64,000 nucleotides of DNA, taken from Balanoglossus misakiensis (Eukaryota > Animalia > Hemichordata). The stretch spans positions 7,814,063-7,878,062 of the forward strand of contig CM082582.2 in NCBI GenBank assembly GCA_040954595.2, written 5' to 3'. Below are positions 13,496 to 26,600 of the stretch, one piece after another; position 1 is the first letter of the stretch; each line of letters opens with the position of its first letter. A program made the position numbers and the translations under genes. The notes under the pieces are model-generated. The model did not search any database. It was given only the letters and a program-made list of their open reading frames with translations, and was not told the origin of the DNA.

Positions 13496-15278
13496 GGGAC
13501 CGTTCAGTTTTTACGGCCGGGGGGGGGGGGGCAAAATCCAGGGGGGTCACTTAAAGGGGAAATCCGCTGTAGCTGATTTCTACATAATTTGGTAGCTTTG
13601 ATGTCTCTCTTTCAGAAAAAAACATATTCGCCATGTATAGGTCGCGCGATTTTTTACAAAATCTAGGGAAAGTTGGCAGAATTTCCAATATGGCGTTTAC
13701 TGTAATTTGAATCATGGGAAAAAAAGCGCCAGGACCAACTTCCGCCCACCTTGGTGTGGGTGATACCATTTTCCGATTGGTGTCACTGTGTCACAAGCTA
13801 AGCGTATTTGCATATTTTTCATGGGTTATAGCTCATGAAAACTGTCAATAGATGACAAATTTTCGACTTTGCTGATGATTGTTTATCAACTGATGCAAAG
13901 AACAAACAATAGCTATGAAAATACGCCTAGTCTGTCGCCCAGTGACACCAATCGGAGAATGGTATCACCCACACCATGGTGGGCGGAAGTTGGTCCTGGC
14001 GCTTTTTTTCCCATGATTCAAATTACAGTAAACGCCATATTGGAAATTCTGCCAACTTTCCCTCGATTTTGTAAAAAATCGCGCGACCTATACATGGCGA
14101 ATATGTTTTTTTCTGAAAGAGAGACATCAAAGCTACCAAATTATGTAGAAATCAGCTACAGCGGATTTCCCCTTTAAATTTTGAAGTCCAAAAGGGGGGG
14201 GGGGGGTCATCTGTTTTTTTTAAACGTTTAGGGGGGGGTCACATACTTTTACCACCGAACTTTTGCTTTTGAGTCCACAAAATTGCAGTTTCGCGCCCTT
14301 TATTTTACAAAATTTTCTAATGTGGGAGGGGGACACCCCCTCCCACACCTACCCCCTACATTCTCTGCCACATTTCAATTTTTGCTGGTTTGTCTAGTGT
14401 ACCAGGGCAGGGTGCTTGCCACCCCAACCCCACTGATGATAATATTTAACAAAGTAAATACATAAAGGAGAATAATCGTTTAAACCATTTCGCATAACTG
14501 ATAGTTTCGCACTGCATCTTCTATATACTAGAAGTTTTATAAATGATGTCATGACGAAGATGACGCCAAATCTTCTAACTTTGAGTGGAATGGCAAAAAG
14601 TAAAATTGGTCCTCCCAAACATTGAGATGAATTTGCTTTTGAGTTCATAAAAATGCAACTTTGAGCTCCATATTTTACAAAATTTTCACCCCCCTCCCAC
14701 ACCCACCCCCTCCATTCTTCGCAACATATCATTTATTCGCTGGTTTGTCTAGTGTACCAGGGCAGACTTATTCCCACCCCACCCCTATGCTTACTTCGAG
14801 TGGAGTGGCAAAATCAAAATTTGTCCTGCCTAACATTGAGTTAATTTGCTTTTGAGTTCATTAAAATGCAACTTTAAGCACCGTATTTTACAAAATTTTC
14901 TTATGTGGGAGGGGGACACCCCCTCCCACGCCACTTTTCTTGTTTTACCAATTCTAGCAACTATTGTATTGACTTGTCATTTTATGTTGTTCATAGATTT
15001 CTTTATTGCAACGATATTATTATATAATTCAATTACTTTAAGAAATGTATAATTGAGGTGTGAGGAGCCTCGTTCCCTTTATTGCATACAGTGTACATAG
15101 GATCAGGACGGCGAATGTTTTCAGCGTGGGGGGGGGGGTCATCATATTTTTGGGTCTGTCAAAGGGGGGGGTCATCATTTTTGGGTGCTGGGTGAAGGGG
15201 GGTCGGCCTGATTTTGAAAACCCACGACACAAACTTGCCGACCCCCCCCCCCCCCTGCCGTAAAAACTGAACGGTCCC
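13496..15278. mobile_element. PIF/Harbinger-like non-autonomous element
   Basis: 22-bp TIR GGGACCGTTCAGTTTTTACGGC; TTA target duplication (13493-13495, 15279-15281); empty site TACTTACCGGC in paralogous copies at ~30233 and ~39098. Confidence 0.85.
13555..14173. mobile_element. Kolobok-like foldback MITE nested in the Harbinger-like element
   Basis: TTAA|AGGGGAAATCCGCTGTAG...CTACAGCGGATTTCCCCT|TTAA with ~230-bp near-perfect inverted arms. Confidence 0.8.
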
Positions 15279-15923
15279 TTACCGGCAATCTGCGGTCTCA
15301 TTAAACTGTCGAATGATCGGCACCTGTCAATAACTGTGCCAAACTCAGGTGGACAGTCATTTGTCAGCGGTTCCATCCTTTTATCGTCGACTAGACGATA
15401 TTCAGAGTCAGACAACCCTGCAAGCCAAAGTGACATGTGGTCTATTACAGCGCGTAGCTCATCTCACGGGCATGCGCGTAACTTTCCAGCAAATTTTCCG
15501 TTCGATGCATTCAAATAGTGGACTGCCTTCGCTTCCTTCCATATTTCATGCGCAATGTATAAGTAGATTCTGGTTTCGTCCCTCCATTTCAGCCAAGATA
15601 GTGTCGTTTCCCGATCTCCAACACAGATTATGGTCGCCGCCATCTTCTCTGTTGTTAGGACAGAGCACTGCCTTATGGGATTGACTGTTCTGTAACCTGA
15701 ATTTATGGAGTAGTTTAAAACGAATTTCTGCTCTGGATACTACCGTATTGTGTCAGTGTCTTTAGGACTGATGGAGCATAGATGGAGAAAGGAACAAAAT
15801 GATGTTCTATTGGAATTTATTTATAGGTCCCATTGGTATAGGCCTATATACCATGGGACCTTATGGGATGGGTTGCGTCTGTATGTATGGATGTATGTAT
15901 GTATGTATGTATGTATGTATGTA

Positions 15924-16532
15924 CCGTAGTTGTCCGGGTAAGAACCCCTGCTCGGACAAACGCCCCCCCTGGTTTTAGGGCCCATTTGTAGATCGAGGCC
16001 ATATCCGGTCTAAAGCCCCCCCCCCCCCCCCCCCGGCCGAATATCCATTAAATTCTTGGAAATTTAATAAAGTGCAATGCAAAAAAGGCGGATTTTCATC
16101 CCCAAAGTCACTAAAAGTGAAAAAAAAATGTATGATGATTTACTTTCGCGCTGATTATCGTACCCACCGCGGCCGACTGGCCACGCTGAGTTATATATAG
16201 CCGCTCTAGAAAACATGACCTCAGACAGGTCCTTCGGGACCGTGCCTCGAATTCAACGATCACGTAGATGGACGCGCTGCCGCGTGTGAGGTCACCGGGG
16301 AGCTTTCCAAAGCGGCCGCGTGGAGCTGCTTCAGTCCGTCCTCGACGCGAAACACCCAAGATCCCGACTTGGACTCGGAGAATGAACCACTCAAAAATGT
16401 GCATAAAAGTCGAGGTGGCCATCCCTCATTTGCATAAATCTCGAGGCCATATCCGGGCTAAAGCCCCCCCCCCCCAGTTTTTTCGCTAATCTGTTGGCCC
16501 AGCACCCGGGGCTCTTACCCGGGCAACTACGG
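15924..16532. mobile_element. Tc1/mariner superfamily (Tc2/pogo-like) MITE nested in the (TATG)n tract
   Basis: TA|CCGTAGTTGTCCGGGTAAGAACCCC...GGGGCTCTTACCCGGGCAACTACGG|TA. Confidence 0.8.
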
Positions 16533-16959
16533 TATGTATGTATGTCCGTCCACATCAAAAACTTGAAAACCGCTGCGCGTAACACCTTGATATTTGGTGT
16601 GCAGATGCAGGCTGGGCTGTAGATGGGAGTTTGTCCAAACGAAGTTGCCAGGCCCAAAAATATGCAAATTGGCCAGTAAAATGTGAAATTTATCAAAACT
16701 CTGAAAGTCAACAACTACTGGTCAGATTGCTTTGAAAATTGGTATGCATGTACCTTATGTCAACCTCACATCGACCTGTAAGTGTTAAGTTAATAACATG
16801 GATGTTTTATTTTTTATGAATTTTTTAGTCTTTTTATTAAATTTATACCTTTACTTATACCTCTATGGTTAAGCTATGTCCACGTCTTATTGTGGAATTC
16901 TGGTCTGTGCAATAGTCCTGTACAGTGACTGTCTATTGGTCAGTGAGCACAATGGGGCC

Positions 16960-17880
16960 AAAATAAAAGGCAAATTTTTGGGCTCACCTGTAACACCTGC
17001 TTAATACATTAATTATGTGCATACCTAATTCCGGGCTAAATAATAGGGCTAGAGGTTTCGTTCTTGTGGGACATGGACAAGTATAGGGTCAAAATTTCTC
17101 GCCCAAATTTTGGGTGACCTCAGGTGACCTTTGACCTACTTTCCTATATCTCGGCATCCAGAGCAGGTACAGACTTGGCGTTTGGAGGGTTGGGACTAAA
17201 ATTGAAAAGCCAAAATATGGGTCACCTGTGACACCTGCATATCTCATTAATTATGTGCATACCTAATTCCAGGCTAACCAATAGGGCTATAGGTTTGGTT
17301 TTTGTTGAGCATGGACCAGTATAGGGTCAAAATTTCTTACCCAAATTTTGCATGACCTCAGGTGACCTTTGACCTACTTTTCCATATCTTGGCATCCAGA
17401 GCAGGTACAGACTTGGCGTTTGGAGGGTTGGCACTAAAATTGAAAAGCCAAAATTGGGGGTCACCTGTGACACCTGCATATCTCATTAATTATGTGCATA
17501 CCTAATTCCAGGCTAACCAATAGGGCTATAGGTTTGGTTTTTGTTGAGCATGGACCAGTATAGGGTCAAAATTTCTTACCCAAATTTTGCATGACCTCAG
17601 GTGACCTTTGACCTACTTTTCCATATCTTGGCATCCAGAGCAGGTACAGACTTGGCGTTTGGAGGGTTGGCACTAAAATTGAAAAGCCAAAATTGGGGGT
17701 CACCAGTGACACCTGCATATCTCATTAATTATGTGCATACCTAATTCCAGGCTAACCAATAGAGCTATAGGTTTGGTTTTTGTTGAACATGGTCCAGTAT
17801 AGAGTCAAAATTTCTTGCCCAAATTTTGAATGACCTCAGGTGACCTTTGACCTACTTTTCCATATCTTGGCATCCAGAGT
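16960..17880 (+). repeat. Tandem array of ~3.8 units of ~238 bp inside the Helentron-like element
   Basis: TCACCTGTGACACCTGC-type anchor at ~16984, 17222, 17461, 17700. Confidence 0.9.
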
Positions 17881-19184
17881 AGATATGCTTATTGCTATGT
17901 TGCTATGAGCTATGTCCTCAAATGGGACCACAGTGTCTTTGACGCTATTTTTTAATAGTTTGAAGAGAAATTTTGCAAATTATGACAAACGTCTGATTAT
18001 AAAACCAAGGTCTCCACTGTTGATAAGTATAATAACAAGAGACAATCAGTAGCAATCGTTACTAAACAGTACATATTTTTATTGACCTAACTTGGTATGC
18101 ATCCACTCTTTTCATCTCCATCACAGTAAAAAACTGGTCCAACCCAAAGACCAGCGGTTGAACCTGTATGTGGTGGCGTAAAGGTATTGAAAATTTTGCA
18201 AATCATGAACACATTTCTCAGGAAATAAAAATATACAAACAAGTTTAATGGCAATTGAATGTGAAATACATAATTTTACAATTCCCCAAATTGAGTCTTA
18301 CATTTTCTAATTTTAAGCTGTCCAAGATAAGTTTATAATTTTAATCATGGTATTAGGTGTAATAGTAATGTACATACCTGGTTTATATAGGGATTATACA
18401 TATCTCATTTTCTTTGTTGAAAATGAGGGGGGGATCTACTTCACTGTATAAAAAATTGTTATTTTTTTAAACTTTTACATCGTTGATTGATTTTGTACTT
18501 TAATGGTTTACAGGTAATTCTTTGCAAATTGGTGTAAAACGAATCCAATAGGAAGAGATGAACTTAAAACCTTCAATTTAGACATCTTGGGGGCTTAAAG
18601 GGTTGTTGTCATAGAGACTGATAAGGCCGACGATCGTCTTATGCCCATGTGCGTAAGTTTGTGTGTACAAACATTACAAATGTTCTGCAAAATTTGCGTT
18701 CAAAGCATTCAAATAGTGGACTGCCTTCGCTTCCTTCCATACTTTATGCGCACCATATAAGTTAGACTTTAGTTTTGTCCCTTCTTTTCACCAAACTTGC
18801 TGTCTTTTTCCGATCTCTGACTCAGACTATGGTCGCCGCCATCTTGTCTGTTGTTAGGACAGCACACTAGTCTGCCTTATGGCATTGACTGTATACAATT
18901 TTCGTAACCAGAGCCTCTGGTTTGACACATGCACATAAGTTGATCGTTGCCCTTTAAGGAGACTTGCTCTCGCTAATTTAGATTACCCAACTAATTTACA
19001 GGGCATGGGGGGTTATTGATAGATTTCCTGTAAATGTCACATTTGCTAAAGCATCTCAATAGGAAAAATTAACAAAAAATGTATAGAATGTTTTTCTGTA
19101 TATTTCACATATAAGAGTACTGGGAGAATCCACATTGCTACAAGCAATAAATTTGCAGTGGGAGACGATGTGCCATTGCTTTTG

Positions 19185-19714
19185 TATGAAAGCCAGTTGG
19201 GGACATGTACATACGCAATAAATAAAAAATTATCTCGAGATCTCGAGATAATTCCATTCGTTTTCCTGACTTTTTATTTTTTTATCTCGAGATCTCGAGA
19301 TAATTCCATTCGTTTTCCTGACTTTTTATTTTTTTATCTCGAGATCTCGAGATAATTCAAGTTCGTTTTCCTGACTTTTTATTTTTTTATCTCGAGATCT
19401 CGAGATAAAAAAATAAAAAGTCGGGAAACGAATTGGAATTATCTCGAGATCTCGAGATAAAAAAATAAAAAGTCGGGAAAACGAATAGCATTATCTCGAG
19501 ATCTCGAGATAAAAAAATAAAAAGTCAGGAAAACGAACTTGAATTATCTCGAGATCTCGAGATAAAAAAATAAAAAGTCAGGAAAACGAATGGAATTATC
19601 TCGAGATCTCGAGATAAAAAAATAAAAGGGCAGGAAAACGAATGGAATTATCTCGAGATCTCGAGATAATTTTTTATTTATTGCGTATGTACATGTCCCC
19701 AACTGGCTTTCATA
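19185..19714. mobile_element. IS3EU-like palindromic MITE with nine internal ~52-53 bp repeats
   Basis: Termini TATGAAAGCCAGTTGGGG...CCCCAACTGGCTTTCATA (TAY..RTA); 6-bp duplication CTTTTG; absent at paralogous sites ~9951 and ~35523; repeat core TTATCTCGAGATCTCGAGATAA. Confidence 0.75.
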
Positions 19715-21163
19715 CTTTTGGGACCAAGTGATTTTATGTCGAAAATTCTTGGAATTTGTTGTATAATTGAGAAAAAAGATTAGGCATTTTCGTTCATTAA
19801 AAAATCATTATTCATCCAATCCGTTGAAATTGGTTTCAGTCATCAGCCTTGCAGTTGTCTTGGGAATTGTGTGTCGGCGAAAATTAGCTTCATTGTCAAA
19901 CATGTATACCAGTTCTATATGTACCTTGGTTCATCTATATAAATTGATTTCATTTTATTACTACCGGTAGTGATTTTTACAAGAAAATAAATGTTTATTT
20001 TAACCAAGATGTCATCTTTGATGTCTTTTGATAATCTTTTATGTAAGGGACCTTGATGACAAGATTATCAAAGTAGATAGGATGACACCTAAATGGAAAA
20101 TGTGGTGGCCAATCAGATGTAATATTTTGTCACGGGGCTGTTCTCTCTGTCCATTGTCGACAGCTTTCGGATAGGCTGAGTGCCAACTGTCTATCAACAT
20201 GATCAACAGTGTCAAAACAGAACAGCTTGGCCATACAGCTTTACTGATTGGCCGAGAGGTCCCTGAGTGTGATTTGAGGGTCCGAGACATCACGATTTGC
20301 GCAGTGGATCAACGCCTAGGGATACTCAGTAGTATTTCATACACCATCGCTTTGGTGATGCGCCCTCAGCGGCTCAGGTAAATAGAGGGCGTTGACAGAC
20401 CCATTCTCTCCTTACACATATGTACTTTAGTTATTTGCAGTAGTATCTGGCTTTCAGCTTAGATTATGCTTAATTTATATCTTTAATCAAACAAACAAAC
20501 ATCGTAACACTTTTAGCCATGTATTCGTACCAAAAAAACGAGAGAATTTCGGATCCTGTGCCCCTTAGCACTACTTTGTGGCCGGAGTCTCAACTCCGGG
20601 CCGACCGCGGTATGTACGGATCCAGTGGCGCGACATGCCGATTTTTGTACGGATACTTCCGCTTAGACTTGCAAAGCAGTTTATATTTAGTCACTCGCAT
20701 CGTTCATTTGATTGTCGAGTGTAGTTCGTAATGGCTTGTGTAGTGTCATTTGCCGTCGTTTCAATAATAGCACAAATTACCTACAACCGCCTGTGCTACA
20801 AACTTTCCAAATGGAGGGGAGGGGGGGGGGGGGGCTTGGACGTTGTTTTTGTGTCAAATACGGTCAGATGACATTTGGAAACTATTTTGTCCAAAAGTGT
20901 TACACACCCAATGTTTCCCATATTTTATGTAGTCCTACGCAACAATCAAAACAGATAGCAATCTGTAGAGGCCATGCATTTTCATGTTTATACGTTGCCA
21001 ATGACAACCAGCTCGCAAAATTGCCCCCGTACCATACTGACCCCGTGGTACCATGATATAAAACCAACGCACTACGGTATGCAGTACATTCGTTTCGCGT
21101 TGCTAACGTCAATCGGCTTTTGTTGTTTGCTAGTATAAATCGCTGTTGCAAAATATCTCCGAC

Positions 21164-22577
21164 ATGGACTTATTCCCCCAAATTGTGAAACTCGGCAATG
21201 AAATCTACAAAATTGCACACGAAGTGGAACGAAACGAAGAGGAGTGTAAAACGTTGGCTAGGAAGATCACTGAGCTAACCGGCGCTAAACAACAACTTGA
21301 GGGTCTACAGGAAGACGACAAGCAAAGTCTTGGCCAGGCGCTGGTTGATTTCTACGCCTATCTGAAAGAAGCTAAGCAATTCGTGTCCGAATTTCGCGTT
21401 ATCGGTTGCTGCGAGTCCATCTGGAGTAGAAGCAGGCTCAGATATCGCTTTGAGGACTTAAATAGTCGTCTTGATCAACTGTCGTCCGTGCTGCAGCTGG
21501 GCTTAGTTATCGAGGTTAAGAAAGATGTGGGCCAAATTAGAGAACAGCTCAAACAGCTTGTCAAAGAAGGTGAGAAGAACCCACTACATGTATTTAGATT
21601 TGCCACAGTCGGAATATTTATGGCGTAGGCCTTCCACATGGCCGGGGACCGATCATTCAATACGTCCAAAACCTTGCGCTTTTACAATATTTATTGCATA
21701 TTCAGGTCCCATATCCGCTTTCATCTTGTCTATTCCCTTCTTTCTGTGTGCATTGTATAACCATTGACCAATAATTTTCAGGACACGGAGAAACGAAAGC
21801 TGAAATTAACAATCTTCGTGAACAGGTGGACCGTGATGCTGGACCGTCGCAAAACGATCACCAACAAAAGGTAGTGGTGGCGGTAAGCTTAAATTTCGAC
21901 CGATTTTTTTTCGGTAGATAGAAATGCATAGTCTACAATAGTCAAAACGTTTTATGAACACTGAAGGTACTAAAAGAACTTTATAAGCTTTTTGGAGTGA
22001 CTGTTATACATGTACATGTTTAAAATGAACGTACACGTATGTAAGACATCGTTTATGCTCTTTTTTAGACACGACAGCAAGCTATGTTATTATACGTGGT
22101 AAGTTTGTTTTCACTAATAAATGGTATTATTTAAGTAGTCCTTATACTGTTAGACTGAATGAATAAAGCGGGTGTTATCACAGTGATTTATTGCATATCG
22201 GCAGCAAGCGAGGTTGTATAGGTTTTTCACAATGCAAAGTAGGCCTACTAGTTTTCAAATTGTATACTGTAAGAAACATGGGATCACTTTCTCTTTGTGC
22301 TCCAGATCAAGACCGACCAGTGACCGACGGAGATATCAGGACCATCTCCAGATCAGTCGGTAAAGACTGGAAAAAACTTGCACAATCACTTGGGTTGAAA
22401 AGTGTCCACATTGATACCATTGGAATTGACCATGTCAACTACGGCGTTGAAGAACAAGCCCATCAAATGATGATTAAGTGGCGACAGAATCTCGGAAGGG
22501 ATGCCAAATATTGCGCACTGGTTTCCGCACTTACAGAAATCGGAAGACATGATATAATTGAACAACTTTCTAACTGA
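21164..22577 (+). pseudogene. 4HB-death domain fusion, copy 2. Exons 21164-21569, 21782-21882, 22069-22098, 22306-22577; short exon 3 puts the DD exon out of frame (truncated gene or pseudogene)
   Basis: Both domains are individually open (MDLFPQIVKLGNEIYKIAHEVERNEEECKTLARKI...; ...YGVEEQAHQMMIKWRQNLG...). Exon 3 is 30 nt versus 43 nt in copies 1 and 3, giving IKTDQ* after the last splice. Confidence 0.7.
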
Positions 22578-23668
22578 GTGTCAAGTCACGTGTCTAATGT
22601 TCCTCTACTTCTATACTACGGAGACATTTACTCATTTTAAGAAATATTTACACAAAAATCGCACAATTATACCACCGTTTATTAATATGATAATAACATT
22701 GCGAAAAATCAAGCTTTTGAGCACGCAAACTCTCGTGTACGTGTAAAGACACACTTGTATGTGTGTGTATACTATTTCACCATTACACACTGTGTGTGGT
22801 GTGACCGTGCGGAAGTGCAAGATTCTAAAGGTCAACCTGCAAAAAATTTACTGCTGGTGGTGGTGGTGGTGTGTTTGAGTATTGGAGCCCAGGGCGGGGC
22901 ATTCCCTCAGTAAAGAATATTAATACTAGTGAGTGCCTCCCGAATGAGCCACTTTTTTCAGTACACATTTCAATGGTATACTTGTAAATTAGGGGGTATT
23001 TTGGATGATGTCGATGTCGTTGACGAGGAAAGGGAGTATCTTGAAATGTTGTCATGGAAAAGAGCATGGTTTCGCATTTCCCCTGAAAATGTGAAGCGAT
23101 TATATGTGATGTCTGATGGAGATGGCCATAAATTATTGTGGTTGCAGTAAAATTAGTTATTCTTCAATTAACTTTATGTTTCCGTCAATGTTTGATAGCA
23201 AAATGATAATCACCCCTAAGTAAGCACATTACAGAAAATACTGTTCATTTGAATGTAAACTCACGAAAAAAATATGAAAGAATTTCTGATATACCAATTA
23301 CCAAGTTTGTGTAACTACATGTATAACACTCGTTTTTAAAATGGTTTCAGTAGATTTACTTTCGAACTTAGAATGTTCCATTTAAGTGAGTTAACTGATT
23401 GGTTCACACAAATATATTACCAACCTCTGATTGTTGTAAGTTTAAAAATAAATTCTGATGTGGCTTTAAGGCTTACAGACTCTAAATGGCCCTGCCATTT
23501 TGATCCTACAGTGAATAATCACTACAGTATTGCTTCAGGGGAAAATATTACAATATAGTCATGAGTATTCATATTTCGGACGGAAGGGGCATTCGTCAAT
23601 GTGCCCCTTTGTGCAGGCATTTTAGCAAACAATAATTTTGATGAGAATAGATTGACTTTTTGTTTTTT

Positions 23669-26600
23669 TTAGTGTAAGTACTCCACAAGATCCGCTCGCT
23701 TAATGTCCATGAGGGCCTTAGCCAGTACTGCGCGTGTGGCCATTCTTCCACGCCCCTGCTTCCATTTGACCAGCATTTGATGGGCTTGCTCTTCAACGCC
23801 ATACGCCTGGTGGTTAATTTCTATGTTCGCTACTAAATGCTCCTCAAGTTCGAGATGTCTTGCCAGAAATTTCCATTCTTTATTCACCCTCTTGGAGATA
23901 TTCGTCAGCTGTATGTTAGTCACTTTTGTATCCAATTCTGAAAGTTATTGAAATGTTGACTATAGTTATCATTTTTATATGACTTAAACGTTCCTCCAAT
24001 ATCTCGGAAATTTTTTTTGGATCATTCAAGACGAGACAACATTTAAATATTTTAAGTTGAGATTCAAAACCTTACTTCAGATGAATTGATAATACACAAA
24101 AAACTTATTCCAATATTTTCATTCGAATACCAAAGAAATCCCTCAGGCAATGTAAAACATGGGTAGTAGAGAAGGAAGAAATGATATGTTTAACTGTATT
24201 TCATGACTTCTGTTTGTTACAAAGTTTCATAATGACCAAGTATCACTTTAGTTAATGAACTCCCATTTTTTTAAAAATGGAAAAAAATCGGCAACCTTTG
24301 TGTCGACCATATGAGTTTTTCATCACTAACTTGTGAAGCATGAACCTACTTAAGGAAGGGAGAAAGCCACTGTATAAATACTTGCCATAATAGCCATCTA
24401 TATTCAGTATATTCCAAAGTTCATGGGTCAATTTATTGCAAAACTTCTGTCACGGTTTTATCTTATCTGTCTGTTCTGCGTAAATGTGCATTGGCGTTAT
24501 GTATACGTATTGTCACATATATTTGTTGTCATCTGTTGCCGGGTATATTTGGTATGTAACAATACCCATCAATTGATTGATGAGTTTTCAGTCTTTCAGC
24601 AACAATTAAGGGTATTGACAACAGTTATAGTTCATTTTAGTTCCTCTAACATCTGTCATGCACATTAGTATCTCAGTGTTGACTTGATCATTCAAAGCCA
24701 TAGAAAGAGAGGTATTAACTGGGCAACTTCTTTCAGATAGGACAGTGATGTAGCAAACAGTTACTGTGACAATCATAAGTGTGTTGGCCCGAGTCTATGC
24801 AGGTAACGGCTGTGTCTAAATCCTAACTACACAACTGCACCCGAATATCTGATCACAGGTTTAGCCTTGAATTGAAACTGTACCAAATTTTATTTCAATC
24901 CAATCTGCTCTCCATGACATATCAATCAATGCACGCACACTCACACTCACACTCACACTCACACACATACACATGCACAAAGCAAGTTTTGCATGTGAAC
25001 GAAGGAGTCCAAAATCAGGAACACCAACCTGAGCTTGATGCTGCTTTCTTGAAATCAAATCCAGCAGCCCTGGCTTGAGAAGCTTTATCTGATATGAATT
25101 CAAAATCAAACGGGGAGGCCATCTTCCCTTTGTCTTCTTCATGGTCAATGTCACTTTCATGTAAAAGATAAGCTGCATCTTGAAATCTTGCCAACGACCA
25201 AGCCTCACCATCTGTGCTCTCACAGAAACGCTGCATACTCTCTTGATCCAACTTGACCCATGTTGCACCATCTGTATTGGTTATCTACACCAGAACACAA
25301 ATGACAATCATTAATTTATGACTTTTATGACCATGATACCTACCACCCAACAATCCAGGGATTTTTGGTGACTAGTTATTCAAATTTTAATATTTTGGTT
25401 TTGTGCAAAACTTTCTTAAAATGAGGTACTTTTTAAATTCATAACAGGGCCATTACATCTAGTCTTCATTAACAAATGGTTAAGAATGTATAAGTTCAAA
25501 AACATCGATATGGGACCATAGACTTGGTCTCCCAGTTTGCCAAAAACTTAATCTGGGACCCAGAAATTTTAAGATGTATAGTCTGATATCATATGTATCA
25601 ATGAACGCTGTTGCCAGTGAGACATATGGCAGGTCATGAATAGTCCACTGAATTTTATTCACAATTTGACTGTCGGTTAAAACATAGGTTCAGAAAAAAT
25701 GGAAATTAAAATATGTGACCATGAACATGTAAAGGGTTCCCCTATAAAAAGGATTATACCTCTACTCTATATATGGCTATGTATAGTTGTCTGATATGCT
25801 CTGTGTCCCTTTCTCTCAAAAACTGTAGAGGGCGCATGAGTGTAAATCACATAAAGAGTCTCATGATGGAGTCCAGTGTACTGTAAAACACTTTATTTTC
25901 GCGAGTTAAAATTTTCGCGATATCGAGAGAAGCCACTGTTTCGCAAGTATTAATTTTTGTGTTCTCTTATTTCATTCACTGCATCGTTATCTTCAAAAAA
26001 AATTTACGCGACTTTTTATTTTCACGTTATTTTGGCTCTCACGTATTTCGCGAAAGTAAAATGTTTTACAGTATTACAAAACATGTGTCTGTGTCCTATT
26101 TGCCCTGCAAGTGCCCCCAAAATGTGGTGTTTGTCTCTATCTTTGGTCTCAGGAAATGTACCATTTTGGGATGACTCCCATCCCCTAATGTGTTACCCTC
26201 ATGTCCAATCAATGTGCATAAGGTAACTGAATACTTACATCTTGCATAACAGTCAACTGATTTCCATGAACCAACATACCAACTGGTGATGCTTTCAATG
26301 ATGGACGACTGCGGATGTTGTGTCCTGAAGAACTACATTTCACAACTTGGTAAATACCAGGGCCACTTGTTAAAGTACCTACTATAGTAGAAAGTCAAAG
26401 AGAGTGAATTTACTGGATACATACAGAAAAAGACACTGTCTGCAAGGCCCTAGTGTATTGTCCCTGTATCAAATTTGAATGAAATATCTAAGTATGGAAC
26501 ACAAGAAAGGATCAGGTAATACCTGTGATGTTGGTCCCTTGCAGTTGTCGACTTATGTCATCCGTAGCACAATCACCTGCGACTCTTTGGGATCCCGAGT

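Larger units (their letters stand above)
13011..15417 (-). pseudogene. MLKL: Third copy of MLKL terminal exons 8 (15417-15283) and 9 (13057-13011)
   Basis: GLSDSEYRLVDDKRMEPLTNDCPPEFGTVIDRCRSFDSLMRPQIA|EVKDKLDVICSSFDG*; open with intact splice sites, but upstream exons are absent locally. Confidence 0.8.
15822..17947 (+). mobile_element. Helentron-associated / DINE-1-like non-autonomous element
   Basis: Inserted in a T-run (empty site GGAATTTATTTTTTAATAG at ~8853 and ~34308). 5' GGTCCCAT...ATGGGACC hairpin, (TATG)n tract, internal tandem array, 3' ATGGGACC subterminal repeat plus short imperfect hairpin AGTGTC-TTT-GACGCT. Confidence 0.7.
15695..22790 (+). repeat. Segmental duplication unit, copy B (intergenic DNA + 4HB-DD gene), interrupted by transposons
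   Basis: Matches ~8757-12830 and ~34195-38415 once the insertions at 15822-17947, 19185-19714 and ~20298-20565 are removed. Confidence 0.88.

Noticed and set aside
13551-14177. Twin ORFs on opposite strands with nearly the same peptide (MVSPTP...SYSGFPL)
   Set aside because: Artefact of the inverted arms of the foldback MITE.
19229-19670. CRISPR-like array of palindromic repeats with ~30-bp spacers
   Set aside because: Spacers are near-identical and invert midway, the array sits inside TIRs with a target duplication, there are no cas genes, and the genome is eukaryotic.
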